A stretch of DNA of 54,854 bases, filler included, from Sluysia triapertura (Eukaryota): assembly GCA_046118255.1 (NCBI GenBank). It is 4 parts of 4 records of this genome, joined end to end, with 100 filler letters (N's around TTAATTAATTAA, not from the genome) between each part and the next. Parts side by side here need not be neighbours in the genome. Positions count along the whole stretch, not along the records: positions 43,577 to 54,854 come from JBJNIA010186480.1; 3 more parts are not named here. One strand, 5' to 3'. The notes under the pieces are model-generated. The model did no database searches and had not been told where the DNA came from. It was given only the letters and a program-made list of their open reading frames with translations. How positions within the stretch are numbered: the stretch's first letter is position 1; every line of letters begins with the position of its first letter. Both the position numbers and the translations under genes were made by a program. Of the stretch, positions 51,791 through 54,854 are shown in pieces.

Positions 51791-53554
51791 TCTTATTATT
51801 GTAATAAAATCAAAATTTAACATGATTACATATTAATGTTTACTGTTTAAATAATGTATCAACTTAAATTAAAGATCAAAATTAAATACAAAATTTATTT
51901 TCCACTTCATGCGTTACAGTACGTTATATATTGATTTCAACAATCTGTTTGATTTGGTGTATTAATGAGGATCAATTTGATATATACTTTGATTATGCTT
52001 AAATATTGCAACATATATAAATTTAGCTTTACATTATAGAAGATTAATTAAAATAAATAATTTTTACTTTATTTGAGCCGACACGTTTCGGAACAATTAA
52101 TTAAATAATTAATTTTTAATTAAATAATTAATTATATTTTCATGATTAAGACCTTACAGTGAGTTCTCTTCGTAACTCTCCATTTTATTTTAATTTAAAT
52201 ATTTTATAAGCACATCTAATAAACACATATAATCTAGCACAGTAATTTCTTGTATTCTTTTATTCGTATATTAATGAGTATATATGGCTTGTGATTAATT
52301 TAATTGTGCTGTGTTGTATGATGTTCTTATTGAATATTGAGTCTTCGAGTTTTAAAGAATATAAATCTTAAATTTGTTTAAAATTACAACAGTGTTAGTA
52401 TTTTGTTGAATGTATGTAAACAATATGCTTGTAAACGTGTTAATTGATATAATTTTATAATACAAAATATTACAAAATATTATCATGTTAAAATTCGAAA
52501 AATTTATGTTGAAATTAAGTATTGTCACTTAGCAAATTACTTTGAAATCGTACTTTATAATAAAAATCCTATAAACATAACAGATGTGTTCGAAATTAAG
52601 ACTAAAATATTATGAAAAAATGAATACGATAAGTAATAATTTTATTCTGAAGTTTATGTACAATTTCTTTATAATTGTTGTCGTTATAAGAATTAAGGTT
52701 ATAATGAATTATAATAACAGTTTTAAAAATGTTTAAGATTTAAGTAATTGAAATGTAAGATTTGTTTTATAATGTTATAATGCACTCAAATTAGTTCTAT
52801 CTTTGATTACACCCGATTGTTAATCAAAGATAATAATAAATAATTAAAAGTAAAATTAAAACTCTTGCAAATGCATCTGATATGTTTTTTGATTTTGTGA
52901 AAAGAATTATTTAGAAAGAAAAACATAAATGTAAAAACATTTCTTTAAAAATATTGTAATTATTCAAAAAGAATTTGTAGGTGGCACAAAATTCATTATG
53001 CAGGTAAAATCTCAAGTCCTAAATGTGACATATTTATTGTGTTAATTTTGCAATTTAGTTAATTATAAAAATATGCACTTTGAATTTGAAAGAGTACAAA
53101 ATTTTAAATAATTTTATTAATCAATAGATGAATTAAATGTGACATTTTTAAAGAAATTTTTCACAAAATAAAATTGAAATTTATTAATTTAATGTAATAT
53201 AAATATGAAATTATTAACATTAGAATTTTAATGGTGTCATTTTTCATACTACGAGAACTTTACAATAAGAATGTCTCTTCATTTGACTTTTTATGTGTGA
53301 ATCATTTCACATTTTACCAGAAGCATTTTACAAATATTTATCTATGTATACCGATGAGGTCATTTTGAAACCATGCAATTATCAACTCACATAATTAATT
53401 ATATAATCAATTCAAACATTGAGTCCGTTTATTTTATACAATATATTAATTTTTTTAACAAATCTGGATACATATGTAATTTTATATTAATAATAATAAA
53501 TAAATAAATTGTACAACTATAAATAACAATGATTTATAAGAATAAGAATATTTA

Positions 53555-53654
53555 CACGGTTCAAAAAAATTTAAATTTAATATTAAAAATTAGTTTCTTG
53601 TTATCACAGGCAGTTTATTTTCAATATTTAATTTTAAATTTTTTTAGAACCGTG
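53555..53654. mobile_element. Hairpin MITE with TA flanks (Tc1/mariner type)
   Basis: TA|CACGGTTCAAAAAAATTTAAA...TTTAAATTTTTTTAGAACCGTG|TA, with ~40-bp imperfect arms. Confidence 0.8.
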
Positions 53655-54679
53655 TAAAAGCTATAACGTATAATAAAACCGTGTAAAACGAAGATAAGTC
53701 TGTATTTAAATAACTATCTTTAATCAATTTTATAAATAATTTATTAAATATAATTGTTTAATTTGGAACTAAAGATTATGAATAGTAATTTTGATAAATG
53801 TGGAAGCGAATATGATGCAAATATAGAAATAGTTGAAATAATTTCATTAAAGAATTTTTGGAATTAAATATTAATATAAGTAATATTGATGAACATATAA
53901 GAATGTATTGTACAATTTTGGAAACATACAAACCGGAGACATGAGGCTAAACACATAGAATAATTTATAAAAGTTAAATATACTTAATTTAAAGTGTATA
54001 TAGTAATTTTTAGTTTTAATTTATTTGACGGTGAAATAAATTTCATGCATTTGTTGTGCTGGATATCAAACTTACGGCCTTATTCCCCACAAAAAATATT
54101 ACCTTCAAAACTATAATAACACAAAAATCTTAATCTACGTACAAAATATTACTCATCTGACTGGCGCGCTTACAGCGTAAGGTTTATCAGACAAGACTCC
54201 GACGTACCTATAGGTAAGCTATTATAAATTATTGTTAAAAACAAAATATTGTATTATATTCACTAATAATATTCAGTATGTGTAAAATAATAATGTATCC
54301 AAAAATAAAATATTAGTCTGTGAACCTAATACTTAAATCTTTATTTTAATTAAGAGTTTAATACTAGCGTTAAACTAGTAGAAAATGCTTAGATTTTTTT
54401 AGTGGATTTTAATCATTCATTTAAAGAAGGAAAAACTGATCAAAATTAATCTTACTACTTGCCATGAAACAATTTTGAGCGGTAATAACTACCTTATGAG
54501 TTTATATTTAATTCCGGAAATGTCGTTGAATAATCCTTCATTTGCTACGATTTTACTTGTGTTCCATTAACTTTTTTGTGCCTCTATTTATATTATTTTT
54601 GGACACAATTTATTTCTTTGTCTTACATAAAATTTAAACAATTATTTGCATATTAAGAATATAAAAATCACAAAAAATT

Positions 54680-54854
54680 TATCGAAGTTATTGACACACA
54701 TATGGTAACATCAACATTACCATACGTAACAACTTTAATACCCTCAACATTCGTAACAGTCACCTTTTCAAGTATCACTCTGACTGAATCCATTTTGGCT
54801 TTTTAATGCAACAGATACGATGCAACGTAAAAATACATTAGGTACTGGATTATA
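54680..54854 (-). mobile_element. Possible retroelement aspartic protease fragment at the window edge
   Basis: VTVTNVEGIKVVTYGNVDVTI resembles the protease flap region. Confidence 0.3.

Noticed and set aside
52075-52150. CCGAAACG motif suggesting a Penelope-type hammerhead ribozyme
   Set aside because: The CTGANGA core is absent and the stems are low-complexity AT.

Overview
A very AT-rich eukaryotic, apparently metazoan, nuclear scaffold with three 100-nt N gaps that carry TTAATTAATTAA linkers. All family assignments come from hand translation and recalled motifs, not database searches. One complete host gene is supported: a 3-exon divergent bZIP gene (2376-3424). Isolated or decayed pieces of other host genes are scattered through the window: importin-5, ANP32 LRR, two ERGIC3 exons, the MKK7-like terminal exon and a class A peptide GPCR. 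Most other recognisable sequence is decayed transposon: several Ty3/gypsy copies, a Tc3-like Tc1/mariner, a hAT/Buster fragment, piggyBac-type TTAA MITEs and a TA MITE. The most notable signals are (i) a decayed gag-env retroelement whose env resembles chuvirus-type class III glycoproteins, (ii) two divergent intronless paralogs with an Unkempt-type C-x9-C-x6-C-x3-H finger, (iii) compact co-directional arrays of orphan ORFs, three of them headed by palindromic CCAAT motifs, and (iv) a cluster of three ~60-nt hairpins.
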